From Chlorobiota bacterium (lineage in GTDB: Bacteria > Bacteroidota > Bacteroidia > Bacteroidales > B39-G9): a stretch of 61,422 nucleotides of DNA. Made by a program: the position numbers and the translations under genes. The stretch spans positions 1-61,422 of the forward strand of contig JAADFW010000279.1 in NCBI GenBank assembly GCA_013152655.1, given 5' to 3'. The notes beneath the pieces were generated by a model. It did not search any database. It had not been told where the DNA came from and saw only the letters and a program-made list of their open reading frames with translations. Below, piece after piece: positions 1 through 9,973 of the stretch (within the stretch, counting starts at the first letter, position 1; every line of letters starts with the position of its first letter).

Positions 1-30
1 ATTGAAGTTAGTAATTTGAAAATATTAACC

Positions 31-63
31 AAAGCGTCCCGGAAAACCCGGGGCGCTTTTTTT
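31..63 (+). terminator. Rho-independent terminator of an off-window upstream + strand gene
   Basis: 9-bp GC-rich stem gcgtcccgg (34-42) / ccggggcgc (48-56) with one G-U pair that works only on the + strand. 5-nt loop, then a T7 run at 57-63. Confidence 0.7.
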
Positions 64-113
64 ATTTATAAAAACACATTCAAAATGTATATCATTAAAA
101 AGCCTAATTCTAA

Positions 114-959
114 ATGACTATAAGTATTCAGGGAATAAAAGGAGCTTTTCACGAAGAAGCCGCAAATAATTATTACGGAAGAGAAATTAGTATTTTGCCA
201 AATAACACTTTCCCCGGTTTAATTGAAAGTATTCAATTAGGCAAATCTGTTGCCGGTGTTATTGCGGTTGAAAATACTATTTCCGGAACTATTCATTCTA
301 ATCTGAATTTGATACGTGAATCGGGCTTGCAAATAGCCGGTGAAATTTATTTGCATATACAGCAAAATTTAGTGGCCTTGCCGGGAACAAGAATTACCCA
401 TTTAACTGAAGTGCATTCACATTACATGGCTATTAATCAATGCAGAAAATTTTTCAGGCAATATCCTCACATTAAATTACAGGAATCGGAAGATACTGCT
501 TTAAGTATGAGGGAGATAAGTAATAATAAATCTAAGAATATTGGTGCTATTGGCAGTAAGATAGGAGCTGCACATTACAATCTCGAAATTTTAGCAGAAA
601 GCATTGAAACCAATAAAAAAAATTATACCCGTTTTCTTGTGGTTGAAAAACCGGGTATAAACTCCAATACTGAATTCAATAAAGCTTCTATTTGTTTAAC
701 CTTGCCAAATGAAAAGGGCAGTTTGGCTAAAATATTAAGCATAATTGCTTTTTACGATATCGACCTGAGTAAAATAGAGTCGGTGCCAATAATTGGCGAG
801 CCATGGCATTACATGTTTTATATCGACTTGCAAATTGCGAATACAGAAAGCTACTATGGTATGTTTCAGGCAATAAAGCCTTTAACCGATCAATTAATAA
901 TTATGGGCGAATATTTGTCCGGCGATAATTCTTTAAAAGAAATACACAATAAACTGTAA
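114..959 (+). CDS. pheA: Prephenate dehydratase with C-terminal ACT domain
   Basis: 281 aa. N-terminal IQGIKGAFHEEA, the TRF motif (NYTRFLVV) and an ACT-like tail (GSLAKILSIIAFYDIDLSKIESVP) are typical of PDT. First gene of the aromatic operon. Confidence 0.9.
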   Translation: MTISIQGIKGAFHEEAANNYYGREISILPNNTFPGLIESIQLGKSVAGVIAVENTISGTIHSNLNLIRESGLQIAGEIYLHIQQNLVALPGTRITHLTEVHSHYMAINQCRKFFRQYPHIKLQESEDTALSMREISNNKSKNIGAIGSKIGAAHYNLEILAESIETNKKNYTRFLVVEKPGINSNTEFNKASICLTLPNEKGSLAKILSIIAFYDIDLSKIESVPIIGEPWHYMFYIDLQIANTESYYGMFQAIKPLTDQLIIMGEYLSGDNSLKEIHNKL

Positions 960-970
960 ATAATTAAGCT

Positions 971-2143
971 ATGAATATTAAACCTGCAAACAGAATTGAG
1001 AAAGTTGAAGAATACTACTTCTCTAAAAAACTTACGGAAATTAAAAAATTAAATGAGCAGGGAAACAATATACTAAACCTCGGTGTAGGAAATCCTGATA
1101 TTCCTTCTCATCCTGACGTTTTGGACAGCCTGACAAAAGCTGCACTGCACAAGGGCAGTAATTACTACCAGTCATACCGCGGATTAGATGGTTTAAGATT
1201 AGCATTTTCAAAGTGGTATTTTTCAACTTACAATGTACAATTAAATGCCGAGTCTGAAATTCTTCCTTTAATGGGTTCAAAAGAAGGCATTACGCATATT
1301 ACTATGGCTTTTACCAATCCCGGCAATCAGGTTTTAATTCCAAATCCGGGCTATCCGGCATATACTTCTGTTTCTAAATTGTTTAATCTTAAAATTCAAT
1401 ATTATAATTTAAAAGAAAAGCATGGCTATCTTCCTGAACTTGAGGAGTTAGAGAAAATTGTGAAACCAAATTGTAAAATTATTTGGATAAACTACCCAAA
1501 TATGCCAACCGGAGCAAACGGTAATTTAAATAATTTTGCTCAAATAGTGGAATGGGCTAAATCAAGAAATATCCTTATAGTTCATGATAATCCCTACAGT
1601 TTAATATTGAATGATAAACCAATAAGTATTTTTAATTCTTCTATTGACAAAAGCCATATTCTGGAACTTAATTCATTAAGTAAATCGCACAATATGGCAG
1701 GCTGGCGTGTGGGAATGGTTGCCGGAAGTAAACAAAATATTGATCATATAATCCGTGTAAAAAGTAATTTCGATTCGGGCATGTATAAACCCATACAGGA
1801 AGCAGCAATAACTGCACTTCAATTACCAAAAACATGGAATGCCGAATTAAATGGAATTTATTCAAAACGTCGTGAAATTGTATGGAGAATATTGGATTTA
1901 CTTCACTGTGAATATAATAAAGATACTGCCGGTTTATTTGTGTGGGCTAAAATTCCGGATGAGTTTAATTCAGGCGAAGAATTCTCCGATTATTTACTTT
2001 ACAACCATTCATTATTCATTACACCGGGAAAAGTTTTTGGAAGCAATGGCGAAAAATATGTACGCATTTCACTTTGTGCAGACGAATTGATGTTAAATAA
2101 TTTTTTAAACCAATTTTTAATTAAAAAGAAAAGACGAGCATGA
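971..2143 (+). CDS. Class I/II PLP-dependent aminotransferase, probably aromatic/prephenate aminotransferase
   Basis: 390 aa. PLP-lysine motif NSLSKSHNMAGWRVG and NPGYPAY. Sits between pheA and tyrA. Confidence 0.85.
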   Translation: MNIKPANRIEKVEEYYFSKKLTEIKKLNEQGNNILNLGVGNPDIPSHPDVLDSLTKAALHKGSNYYQSYRGLDGLRLAFSKWYFSTYNVQLNAESEILPLMGSKEGITHITMAFTNPGNQVLIPNPGYPAYTSVSKLFNLKIQYYNLKEKHGYLPELEELEKIVKPNCKIIWINYPNMPTGANGNLNNFAQIVEWAKSRNILIVHDNPYSLILNDKPISIFNSSIDKSHILELNSLSKSHNMAGWRVGMVAGSKQNIDHIIRVKSNFDSGMYKPIQEAAITALQLPKTWNAELNGIYSKRREIVWRILDLLHCEYNKDTAGLFVWAKIPDEFNSGEEFSDYLLYNHSLFITPGKVFGSNGEKYVRISLCADELMLNNFLNQFLIKKKRRA

Positions 2144-2979
2144 AAGTAGGAATTATTGGACTTGGCTTAATTGGTGGATCCATGGCCATCGACTTAAAAA
2201 AGAGAGGTTTTGCATCGCAGGTTTTGGGGTACGACAACAATAAACTTCATGCACAAACTGCATTAAATTTAGGAATTGTAGATAATGTTTTAGATTTTGA
2301 AAATATGATTGAACAATCGGAATTAGTTATTTTGGCAATTCCGGCAGATGTAACCTTGAAATTGCTGCCAAAAGTTTTAAATAATATTGAAAATCAGGTT
2401 GTTACTGATGTTTGTTCTATAAAAGGAAATATAAATGAGCGTATAAAATATCATCAAAAACGTGGAAATTATGTGGCAGCGCATCCAATGGCCGGAACTG
2501 AACATACAGGGCCGTGGGCTGCTCAGGCAGGCTTATTCGATGGTAAGGCAGTAATTCTTTGCGACTGCGAAGATAGTAGTGAAGAAGCATTGAAAACCAC
2601 CCGTAAATTATATGAATATTTAAATATGAGGCCTGTTTATATGGGTTCTGTAAACCACGATATTCACGCGGCATATGTTTCTCATATTTCTCATATCAGC
2701 TCTTTTGCACTTGCATTAACTGTTCTGGAGAAAGAAAAAAACGAGAAAAATATTTTCAATTTGGCAAGTGGTGGTTTTGATTCAACCGTAAGATTAGCAA
2801 AAAGTTCGGCAGAAATGTGGGCCCCCATTTTTGAGCAAAACGCCGATAATGTTTTAACGGTTCTCGATACTTACATTAACAAATTGCAAGATTTTAAAGA
2901 AGCTATTATAAAAAATAACAACGGCACGGTAACTAAATTAATTGAAGAAGCAAACAAAATAAAAAAAGTGATATCATGA
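2140..2979 (+). CDS. tyrA: Prephenate dehydrogenase
   Basis: 279 aa. Rossmann motif IIGLGLIGGS and HPMAGTE. Its start overlaps the upstream stop (ATGA). Confidence 0.88.
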   Translation: MKVGIIGLGLIGGSMAIDLKKRGFASQVLGYDNNKLHAQTALNLGIVDNVLDFENMIEQSELVILAIPADVTLKLLPKVLNNIENQVVTDVCSIKGNINERIKYHQKRGNYVAAHPMAGTEHTGPWAAQAGLFDGKAVILCDCEDSSEEALKTTRKLYEYLNMRPVYMGSVNHDIHAAYVSHISHISSFALALTVLEKEKNEKNIFNLASGGFDSTVRLAKSSAEMWAPIFEQNADNVLTVLDTYINKLQDFKEAIIKNNNGTVTKLIEEANKIKKVIS

Positions 2980-4073
2980 CAATAGATAATAATTTCAATA
3001 CAAAAAAATTACACGACTGGAATATTGGAGTTAACGGAAACCCATTATTAATTGCCGGCCCGTGTAGTGCTGAAACTGAGGAGCAGGTTTTAACTTCAGC
3101 TCGTGAGTTGAAAAAAATAGGTACAAATATTTTTAGAGCAGGTATTTGGAAACCACGCACAAGGCCGGGTTCATTTGAAGGAGTTGGAAATATTGGACTT
3201 GAATGGTTGCAAAAAGTTAAGGCTGAAACAGGCTTGTTAACTACAGTTGAAGTTGCTAACGTGAAACATGTTTACGAAAGTTTGCGTGCCGGAATTGATG
3301 TGCTTTGGATTGGTGCCAGAACTTCAGCTAACCCTTTTGCCATGCAGGAAATTGCCGATGCACTTAAAGGCGTTGATATTCCGGTATTTGTAAAAAATCC
3401 GGTAAATCCAGATGTGGAGCTGTGGATTGGTGCTATTGAAAGGCTCGAAAAAGCCGGATTGAAGAAAATTGGCGCCATTCATCGTGGTTTTTCAAGTTAC
3501 GATCATAGTATTTATCGTAATCCGCCTCAATGGCAAATCCCAATTGAATTAAAACGAAAATTGCCTGATATTCCAATGATTTGTGACCCAAGCCATATTG
3601 GTGGAAAACGTGAATTAATACAAAGTATTTCTCAAAAGGCTTTAGATTTAAATTACGACGGTTTAATGATTGAATCACATCCTGACCCGGATAAAGCCTG
3701 GAGCGATGCCAAACAGCAAGTTACAGTGGAAACGCTTGATATCATTGTTGAAAGCCTGGTTTTACGTGAGGTAAAACCCAAAGGAATTTCTATGGAAACA
3801 TTAGAAGATTTACGTTTTAAAATTGATAAATTTGATAATGATATTATGGATATAATTCAAAAAAGAATGAAAGTTGCCGAATTAATTGGACGGTATAAAA
3901 AGCAAAATAAAATGACTATTTTACAACCCGTTCGATGGGAAGAAATTATTGATAAAAACCTTTTGAAAGGTTTAAAGCGAAATTTAAGTGAAAGATTTGT
4001 CACTAAGCTTTTTAAAGCTATTCATGAGGAATCTATTGCAAAACAAACAACTATAATGAACGAGGAGGTATAA
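2976..4073 (+). CDS. Bifunctional 3-deoxy-7-phosphoheptulonate (DAHP) synthase / chorismate mutase
   Basis: 365 aa. N-terminal type I-beta DAHPS motifs (LIAGPCSAE, IWKPRTRPGSF, CDPSHIGG). The last ~90 aa resemble AroQ chorismate mutase (LEDLRFKIDKFDNDIMDIIQKRMKVAELIGRYK). ATGA overlap with tyrA. Confidence 0.9.
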   Translation: MTIDNNFNTKKLHDWNIGVNGNPLLIAGPCSAETEEQVLTSARELKKIGTNIFRAGIWKPRTRPGSFEGVGNIGLEWLQKVKAETGLLTTVEVANVKHVYESLRAGIDVLWIGARTSANPFAMQEIADALKGVDIPVFVKNPVNPDVELWIGAIERLEKAGLKKIGAIHRGFSSYDHSIYRNPPQWQIPIELKRKLPDIPMICDPSHIGGKRELIQSISQKALDLNYDGLMIESHPDPDKAWSDAKQQVTVETLDIIVESLVLREVKPKGISMETLEDLRFKIDKFDNDIMDIIQKRMKVAELIGRYKKQNKMTILQPVRWEEIIDKNLLKGLKRNLSERFVTKLFKAIHEESIAKQTTIMNEEV

Positions 4074-4146
4074 CATGAAATAGTTCTGTTTTTATTATGC
4101 AGAATTATTATGTATGTTTGAAACATAGTGATTAACATCATCAATA

Positions 4147-5661
4147 ATGTTTTCAAAAATTGTCAACTTAACACTAATCGGATTACTTGTTTTTTTTCAG
4201 GCTCAAAGTAATTCGTTGGGCAAAGAGCCCCTTGATTCTGTAAAAAAGGATTTTTCAGATACTTTGCATCTATCTATACTTGTTGCCGGTGATATTATGC
4301 AGCACGATTCGCAAATAAATTCGGCATTTAATTCTGCAACAAAAAAACACAATTACGATTCGTGTTTTAGTTATGTTTCTCCAATTTTAAAAAGTTATGA
4401 TGTTGCAGTTGCTAACCTTGAAGTAACGCTGGCAGGAAAGCCGTTTAAAGGTTATCCGCAATTTAGTGCGCCCGACGAATTAGCATATGCTTTAAAAAAT
4501 GCCGGATTTAATTGTTTGCTTACAGCTAATAATCATGCTTGCGACAGGAGAAAGCAGGGTATAAACCGAACCATAAAGATTTTAGACAGCCTTAAAATTC
4601 CTCATCTGGGCACTTATGCCGATTCTTTATCAAGGGCTAAAACATATCCTTTAATAATTAATAAAAATGGCTTTAAGCTTAGTTTTTTGAATTACACTTA
4701 TAGCACCAATGGAATTCCGGTTCCAAAACCTGCAATTGTTAATTTAATTGATACTTCATTGATAAAGACAGACCTGAAAAAAGCAACTGATTCATTGTCC
4801 GATTTAGTAATAGTTTTTATGCATTGGGGTGCTGAATATCAGCGTTTACCCAACAAGTTTCAAAAAAAACTGGCTAATTTTTGTTTGATGAACGGAGCTG
4901 ATTTTGTGATTGGCTCGCATCCTCATGTAATTCAACCAATGCAAAAGTTACAGCATCCTGCTGATAGCTCAGAACAAACCATAATTGTTTATTCTTTAGG
5001 AAATTACGTATCTAACCAGCGAAAAAGATATACTGATGGCGGTGCTATGATTGGTATTCATCTTTCTAAAATTATGACAACAGATACTACTTCGAAAGTA
5101 ACAATTGATTCTGCCGGTTATTACCTGACTTATGTGCATAAAATTAAATCGTATAACAAACAACACTTTTATATTATTCCTGTTTCAGAATATGAGAATG
5201 ATACTGTTTTATTTAAACTGAAAGCTGATAAAAGGGAATTGAAACAGTTTTCTGCCGATAGCCGACTACATTATTCAAAACACAATATTGGCATTGACGA
5301 ATTTGTTTACGATACAATTTCGAATTCTTTTTTATTTAAAAGGCCGGTTGTAAAAGAACAGCTTGATACTGTTGTACATAAAGTAAAAATTGCAACTCAA
5401 AAAGACACATTATTGTCTTTCAAAATAGACACAATTTATAAAATTCAGTTTTTTGTATCATCTCGTACTTTTGACAAAAATATATTACCAAAAGAGTGGC
5501 AAAATTTAGTTACTACTGAAACTGTTAAAGATAGCCTTACCCGTTACATGATAGGTAAATTTGCAAGCTATGATAGTGCTGGCACAAAATTAAATGAAGT
5601 AAAACAGGAATTCCCCGATGCATTTATTATTAATACTGTGATTAGGGAAAAAGAACAATAA
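4147..5661 (+). CDS. CapA-like metallophosphatase-fold protein with C-terminal SPOR-like domain
   Basis: 504 aa with a signal peptide. CapA/PGA_cap-like motifs (VAGDIMQHD, ANNHACD, MHWGAEY, GSHPHV). SPOR-like tail (YKIQFFVSS...YMIGKFASYDSAGTKLNEVKQEFPDAFII). A TAtgTTTG -7-like box lies at 4113-4120. Confidence 0.75.
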   Translation: MFSKIVNLTLIGLLVFFQAQSNSLGKEPLDSVKKDFSDTLHLSILVAGDIMQHDSQINSAFNSATKKHNYDSCFSYVSPILKSYDVAVANLEVTLAGKPFKGYPQFSAPDELAYALKNAGFNCLLTANNHACDRRKQGINRTIKILDSLKIPHLGTYADSLSRAKTYPLIINKNGFKLSFLNYTYSTNGIPVPKPAIVNLIDTSLIKTDLKKATDSLSDLVIVFMHWGAEYQRLPNKFQKKLANFCLMNGADFVIGSHPHVIQPMQKLQHPADSSEQTIIVYSLGNYVSNQRKRYTDGGAMIGIHLSKIMTTDTTSKVTIDSAGYYLTYVHKIKSYNKQHFYIIPVSEYENDTVLFKLKADKRELKQFSADSRLHYSKHNIGIDEFVYDTISNSFLFKRPVVKEQLDTVVHKVKIATQKDTLLSFKIDTIYKIQFFVSSRTFDKNILPKEWQNLVTTETVKDSLTRYMIGKFASYDSAGTKLNEVKQEFPDAFIINTVIREKEQ

Positions 5662-5697
5662 AAAAAGAGGCTGATTTTGTTAACAGCCTCTTTTTTT
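5662..5697. terminator. Bidirectional intrinsic terminator between convergent genes
   Basis: Stem gaggctg (5667-5673) / cagcctc (5684-5690), flanked by an A6 run upstream and a T7 run downstream. Lies between the capA-like stop (5661) and the stop of the minus-strand lipoprotein gene (5726). Confidence 0.8.
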
Positions 5698-5725
5698 ATT
5701 GTGTTATTAAAATTTATGAAATTCT

Positions 5726-6115
5726 TTAGTAATTAATGGTCAAATCAAAAGCTTTTGCCTCTCCTGAGTCAACTCCGTCAAATTTTACACTGGCTGGTTC
5801 TGCTAAATCATATTTACCATTTCCATTGCTGTCGTTAAAAGCAACAATAGTGAAATTTTCATATGTTGAAACAGTTACGTTAAAAACAACTGTTGCATCG
5901 CCAACAGAAACACTTTTCGTATCTATAGCTGTTAAGTCATAATCACTGTCATTAATAAAATTTATAGCTCCACTATAAATTGAAACTTGCCAATTATCGC
6001 TTAATTCAAAATAATCAACATCTGTCCACGTAAGGTTTGCACTTATTTCAGTTTCCTTATTACACGATATAGTTAAAAGTGCTAATGCCATCAGGCTTAA
6101 AATAATTTTTTTCAT
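5726..6115 (-). CDS. Small lipoprotein, unknown function
   Basis: 129 aa. Lipoprotein signal MKKIILSLMALALLTISC. No recognisable domain. Confidence 0.65.
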   Translation of the reverse strand: MKKIILSLMALALLTISCNKETEISANLTWTDVDYFELSDNWQVSIYSGAINFINDSDYDLTAIDTKSVSVGDATVVFNVTVSTYENFTIVAFNDSNGNGKYDLAEPASVKFDGVDSGEAKAFDLTINY

Positions 6116-6367
6116 AGTTTTTAAAATTTAAGTTAAAATTTATTGAATAATGATATACTGTTCATTATTTATAATATTAACCAAAATTAGATATTGATGT
6201 TTTAGTATTTTATTAGAATTAGAATTAGCACTTATAAATTGAGTATATGTTTAAATCAGGTTAGTATTTGATTTTTACATTTTCAATTAATTGATGTAAA
6301 ACAACCTGATATTATGATGTAATAAACTAAAAAAAGTGATGATTAATCTACAAGGATGGCAGTTTTA

Positions 6368-7537
6368 TTATTGCTGATTATCAATTTTCAAATTTTCCAG
6401 TTTTATAATCTTTACATTTGTATAATAGAAGTGAATAATTTCTCTGAAATTATAACCTTGTTTAGACATATTCATTGCACCTTCCTGCGAAAGCCCGACA
6501 CCGTGTCCGTAACCTTTGCCTTTAAAAAGCATATAATCTTCTTCGGGAATGATTGAAAAATAAGCCGACCGTAATCCAAAATCCGATCGTATTTTTTTTA
6601 CATTAATCGTGTCATTTTTAATGAGGATATATTTTTTTCGTGAGTCCTGGATAAATTTCATATCTTCCTCAGAAATTCCATCCCGGGTGTCAATTCCAAT
6701 TGTATCTAAATAGTTAAGCCAATCTAAATAGGTTATTTTTTTCTCCCATTTTGCATTTCGTTGATTTAAAGAAAACGTATCTTTTACAGCTTTCAGATAG
6801 GAAGTGGAAGAACTCCAAACATCCTCAGAATTGGCTGTTTCACCGCCACTGTTTGAATGAAAAGCAGCTGTAATAATTTGGTTCGCCGTGTCAACTAAAA
6901 TTAAGCCACTGGTAAAAAAAGTGGCTTCCGGTATTTGATAATTCTGATGACTCATATTTTTATATACCTGGCAGTGAACTCCGTCGCAAAGGTTAAACCC
7001 GTCATCAATATGCCGGTTTAAGTGGCCTAATGCATAAGTACGGCAAATAATTGCCTGCGACTTGTAATATTCCTCAGTAGCTTTTGGGCCGCTTTCTGAT
7101 TCTACAACACCTGAAACATACGACTCTAAATCAGCATTATTTACAATTAATAGAAATTTGTCTTTCACTTTAATCTGAAGATTCCCGTAATAGGAGCGTT
7201 CTTTTAATGCAGGGAAAACCGGTTCAATTCTAAAAGAATTTGTTCTTCCTTTTCCTATAAATTCAATATTTTTAAAAACACCAAGGTGCTCGTCTAAATC
7301 CCAAACGTTGATGGAATCTCCGGTTGCCGTAAAATAAATAACATTGTTTTTTTTAATACGATAAATACGTTTGCCATCAGCTATAAAATCGTATTTTCCT
7401 GAAATTAAACGGACAACAGATGTTTTAATTTGAAATTCACTGAAAATTCTAACTTTAATGTTTTTTGAAAAACCAAATAACGAAATAAAAAGAAATAATA
7501 TGAGAAGAAAGTATTTTATACGGGTAAATATTTTCAT
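6368..7537 (-). CDS. SpoIID/LytB domain protein
   Basis: 389 aa with a signal peptide. Motifs AIICRTYAL, CDGVHCQVY, HSNSGGETANSEDVW and GHGVGLSQEGA are typical of the SpoIID amidase-enhancer family. Confidence 0.85.
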   Translation of the reverse strand: MKIFTRIKYFLLILFLFISLFGFSKNIKVRIFSEFQIKTSVVRLISGKYDFIADGKRIYRIKKNNVIYFTATGDSINVWDLDEHLGVFKNIEFIGKGRTNSFRIEPVFPALKERSYYGNLQIKVKDKFLLIVNNADLESYVSGVVESESGPKATEEYYKSQAIICRTYALGHLNRHIDDGFNLCDGVHCQVYKNMSHQNYQIPEATFFTSGLILVDTANQIITAAFHSNSGGETANSEDVWSSSTSYLKAVKDTFSLNQRNAKWEKKITYLDWLNYLDTIGIDTRDGISEEDMKFIQDSRKKYILIKNDTINVKKIRSDFGLRSAYFSIIPEEDYMLFKGKGYGHGVGLSQEGAMNMSKQGYNFREIIHFYYTNVKIIKLENLKIDNQQ

Positions 7538-7549
7538 TTGTTTAGTTTA

Positions 7550-8668
7550 CTAAATGGGTAATTGTAAATATTCAATCATCTTTTTTGCTGCTCTTTCAGA
7601 TGCCCCTTTTCCTCCCAGCTTAATCTCCAGTTCAGCATAATCATCAAACATTTTATTTTTAATGTCTTTATTATACAGTATGTTATCTAATTCTGTTTTC
7701 AGTTTTTCACTGTTTAAATCGTATTGAATTAACTCTTTAACTACACTTCTGTCCATAACCAAATTAACAAGTGAAATATAGTTTACTTTTATTAGTTTTT
7801 TTGCTATTTTGTACGATAAGTATCCGGCTTTGTAACAAACTATTTGCGGAACTTTAAATAATGCTGTTTCCAATGTAGCTGTTCCTGACGTTACTAATGC
7901 AGCAGTAGATTTCTCCAAAATGGCATAAGTTTTCCCAAACAGAATATCTATATTTCTATTGCCGATAATTTCTTTGTAGTAATGTTTGTCAATACCGGGT
8001 GCTCCTGCTATAATAAACTGGTATTCTTTAAAAACATCAACCATACTTAACATTACTGGTAAACTGTTACTAATTTCTTGTTTTCTGCTTCCGGGCAATA
8101 AAGCAATAAGTGGTTTTTCTTTCAACGGGGTTTTTAATGAGAGTGATTCTCCTGATTTCTTAAATTGTTCTATCGAGTCTAAAAGTGGATTACCCACATA
8201 GTCAACCGGATAATTATATTTTTTGTAAAATTCAGTTTCAAACGGGAAAATAGTAAACATGTGGTTTACATATTTTTTAATTTTCCAAGCCCGTTTTTGA
8301 TTCCATGCCCATATTTTTGGCGATATATAATAAAAAACTTTAATTTTTTTAAGAAAGGCAAATTTTGCTATTCGAAGGTTAAAGCCGGGATAGTCAATTA
8401 ATATTAAAGCATCAGGATTAAAATTCAGAATGTCTGTTTTACATTTTTTAAACAAGCCAGCTAATGTTCTTAAATTCCATAAAACAACAAAAAAACCCAT
8501 AAAAGCATGCTCTTTGTAATGTTTTATAAGTTTTGCACCGGCAGCTTCCATTTTTTCACCACCCCAGCATTCTATTTCAATCCGGTTATCAAACCTTTTT
8601 AATTGTTTAATTAAGTTTGAGCCGTGTAAATCGCCTGATGCTTCGCCTGCTATTATGAAGTATTTCAT
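7550..8668 (-). CDS. lpxB: Lipid-A-disaccharide synthase
   Basis: 372 aa. N-terminal MKYFIIAGEASGDLHG, DYPGFNLR and LLPGSR motifs. Confidence 0.92.
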   Translation of the reverse strand: MKYFIIAGEASGDLHGSNLIKQLKRFDNRIEIECWGGEKMEAAGAKLIKHYKEHAFMGFFVVLWNLRTLAGLFKKCKTDILNFNPDALILIDYPGFNLRIAKFAFLKKIKVFYYISPKIWAWNQKRAWKIKKYVNHMFTIFPFETEFYKKYNYPVDYVGNPLLDSIEQFKKSGESLSLKTPLKEKPLIALLPGSRKQEISNSLPVMLSMVDVFKEYQFIIAGAPGIDKHYYKEIIGNRNIDILFGKTYAILEKSTAALVTSGTATLETALFKVPQIVCYKAGYLSYKIAKKLIKVNYISLVNLVMDRSVVKELIQYDLNSEKLKTELDNILYNKDIKNKMFDDYAELEIKLGGKGASERAAKKMIEYLQLPI

Positions 8669-8694
8669 TAATAAAGATTGAAAATATAGTTTAT

Positions 8695-8988
8695 TTAAAC
8701 TATGAGTTTAAGCCCAAAAATTATAAATGCACCTATAAATGTTGCCATTAAAACACCACGTGCTGCTTTAAGCATGTTAAGCCATATAAAAATAAAAAAA
8801 GCCATTAGGTTTGGCAAAACACTTAAACTTAGTACTTGGGTTAAAATGTGAAATTGTTTCAATAAATTTATAAAACCATTAAAAGTATAGGATTCATATT
8901 TAAAAATATAAAGAAGCAACAAACTAATTAAAGGGAGTACAAGCCCAATTACTAAACCAATATATAAATTATTTATTTTGTCCTTCAT
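8695..8988 (-). CDS. Small integral membrane protein, unknown function
   Basis: The ORF is open to 9018. The internal ATG at 8988 (MKDKINNLYIGLVIG...) limits the overlap with surE to 20 nt. About three predicted TM helices. The start is uncertain. Confidence 0.55.
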   Translation of the reverse strand: MKDKINNLYIGLVIGLVLPLISLLLLYIFKYESYTFNGFINLLKQFHILTQVLSLSVLPNLMAFFIFIWLNMLKAARGVLMATFIGAFIIFGLKLIV

Positions 8989-9754
8989 ACTGCCACAATT
9001 TAAGTATTTGAATAGCATTATAACTGGTTAAGTCAACATTCACCGGAACAACAGAAATATAATTATGATTTAAAGCCCATTCATCAGTATCTTCAGCTTC
9101 CGGTTCATAGTTTTTAAAATTTCCGGTTAACCAATAATATTCCCTGTTGTGCGGGTCAACTCGTTTTTCAAATTCTTCTTTCCACATCCCTTTTGTTTGC
9201 CTGCATATTTTCATGCCTTTTACATTTTCAACTTTAGTTTGTGGAAAGTTAACATTTAAACATGTGTATTCCGGTAATCCTTTTTCTAATACATTTTGTA
9301 CAATTTGAGGCGCAAATTTTAAAGCAACAGAAAAATCAGCATTCGGATTAAAATCCAGTAATGAAAAACCAATAGATGGTATTCTGTTTATGCATCCTTC
9401 AATAGCAGCTCCCATAGTTCCTGAATATACAACTGATATGGACGAATTTGACCCATGATTAATTCCGGAAACTAATAAGTCGGGTTTTCGTTCAAGTACT
9501 TGGTTTAAAGCTAGTTTTACACAATCAACAGGTGTTCCGCTACAAGCAACTTTGGTTAATCCGTTTAATGAACTAATTTGCTTCAAATGCAAAGGTATTT
9601 TTACCGTAATGGCATTCGACATGGCAGAACGGCTTTCACTGGGGGCAACAACTACTATATCACCAAAAGGTTGAACAACTTCAATTAACGATTGTAAACC
9701 TTTGGCATTTACTCCATCATCGTTTGTTACTAATATTAAGGGTTTTTTTTTCAT
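8969..9754 (-). CDS. surE: 5'/3'-nucleotidase SurE
   Basis: The conserved N-terminus MKKKPLILVTNDDG begins at the ATG at 9754; the ORF track extends 14 codons further. Also GINHGSN and YSGTMGAA motifs. Confidence 0.9.
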   Translation of the reverse strand: MKKKPLILVTNDDGVNAKGLQSLIEVVQPFGDIVVVAPSESRSAMSNAITVKIPLHLKQISSLNGLTKVACSGTPVDCVKLALNQVLERKPDLLVSGINHGSNSSISVVYSGTMGAAIEGCINRIPSIGFSLLDFNPNADFSVALKFAPQIVQNVLEKGLPEYTCLNVNFPQTKVENVKGMKICRQTKGMWKEEFEKRVDPHNREYYWLTGNFKNYEPEAEDTDEWALNHNYISVVPVNVDLTSYNAIQILKLWQYEGQNK

Positions 9755-9973
9755 TAAATACGTTTGGTTTTTTAATACGAACGACAAATATATCACGAAA
9801 CCATATCCCTACCAAATCAATATGAAGCTTAAATCACTGTAACAGATGTATTCTTCTTTTTATTGCCTGTTTTTTATAATAAAAAGTTTTACTTTTGTTG
9901 GCTATAATTCAATTTGTATAAAAATAATTGGAGTTTTAAAGCTTCGTTTATTTAAATAATTAAAAAATAGATA

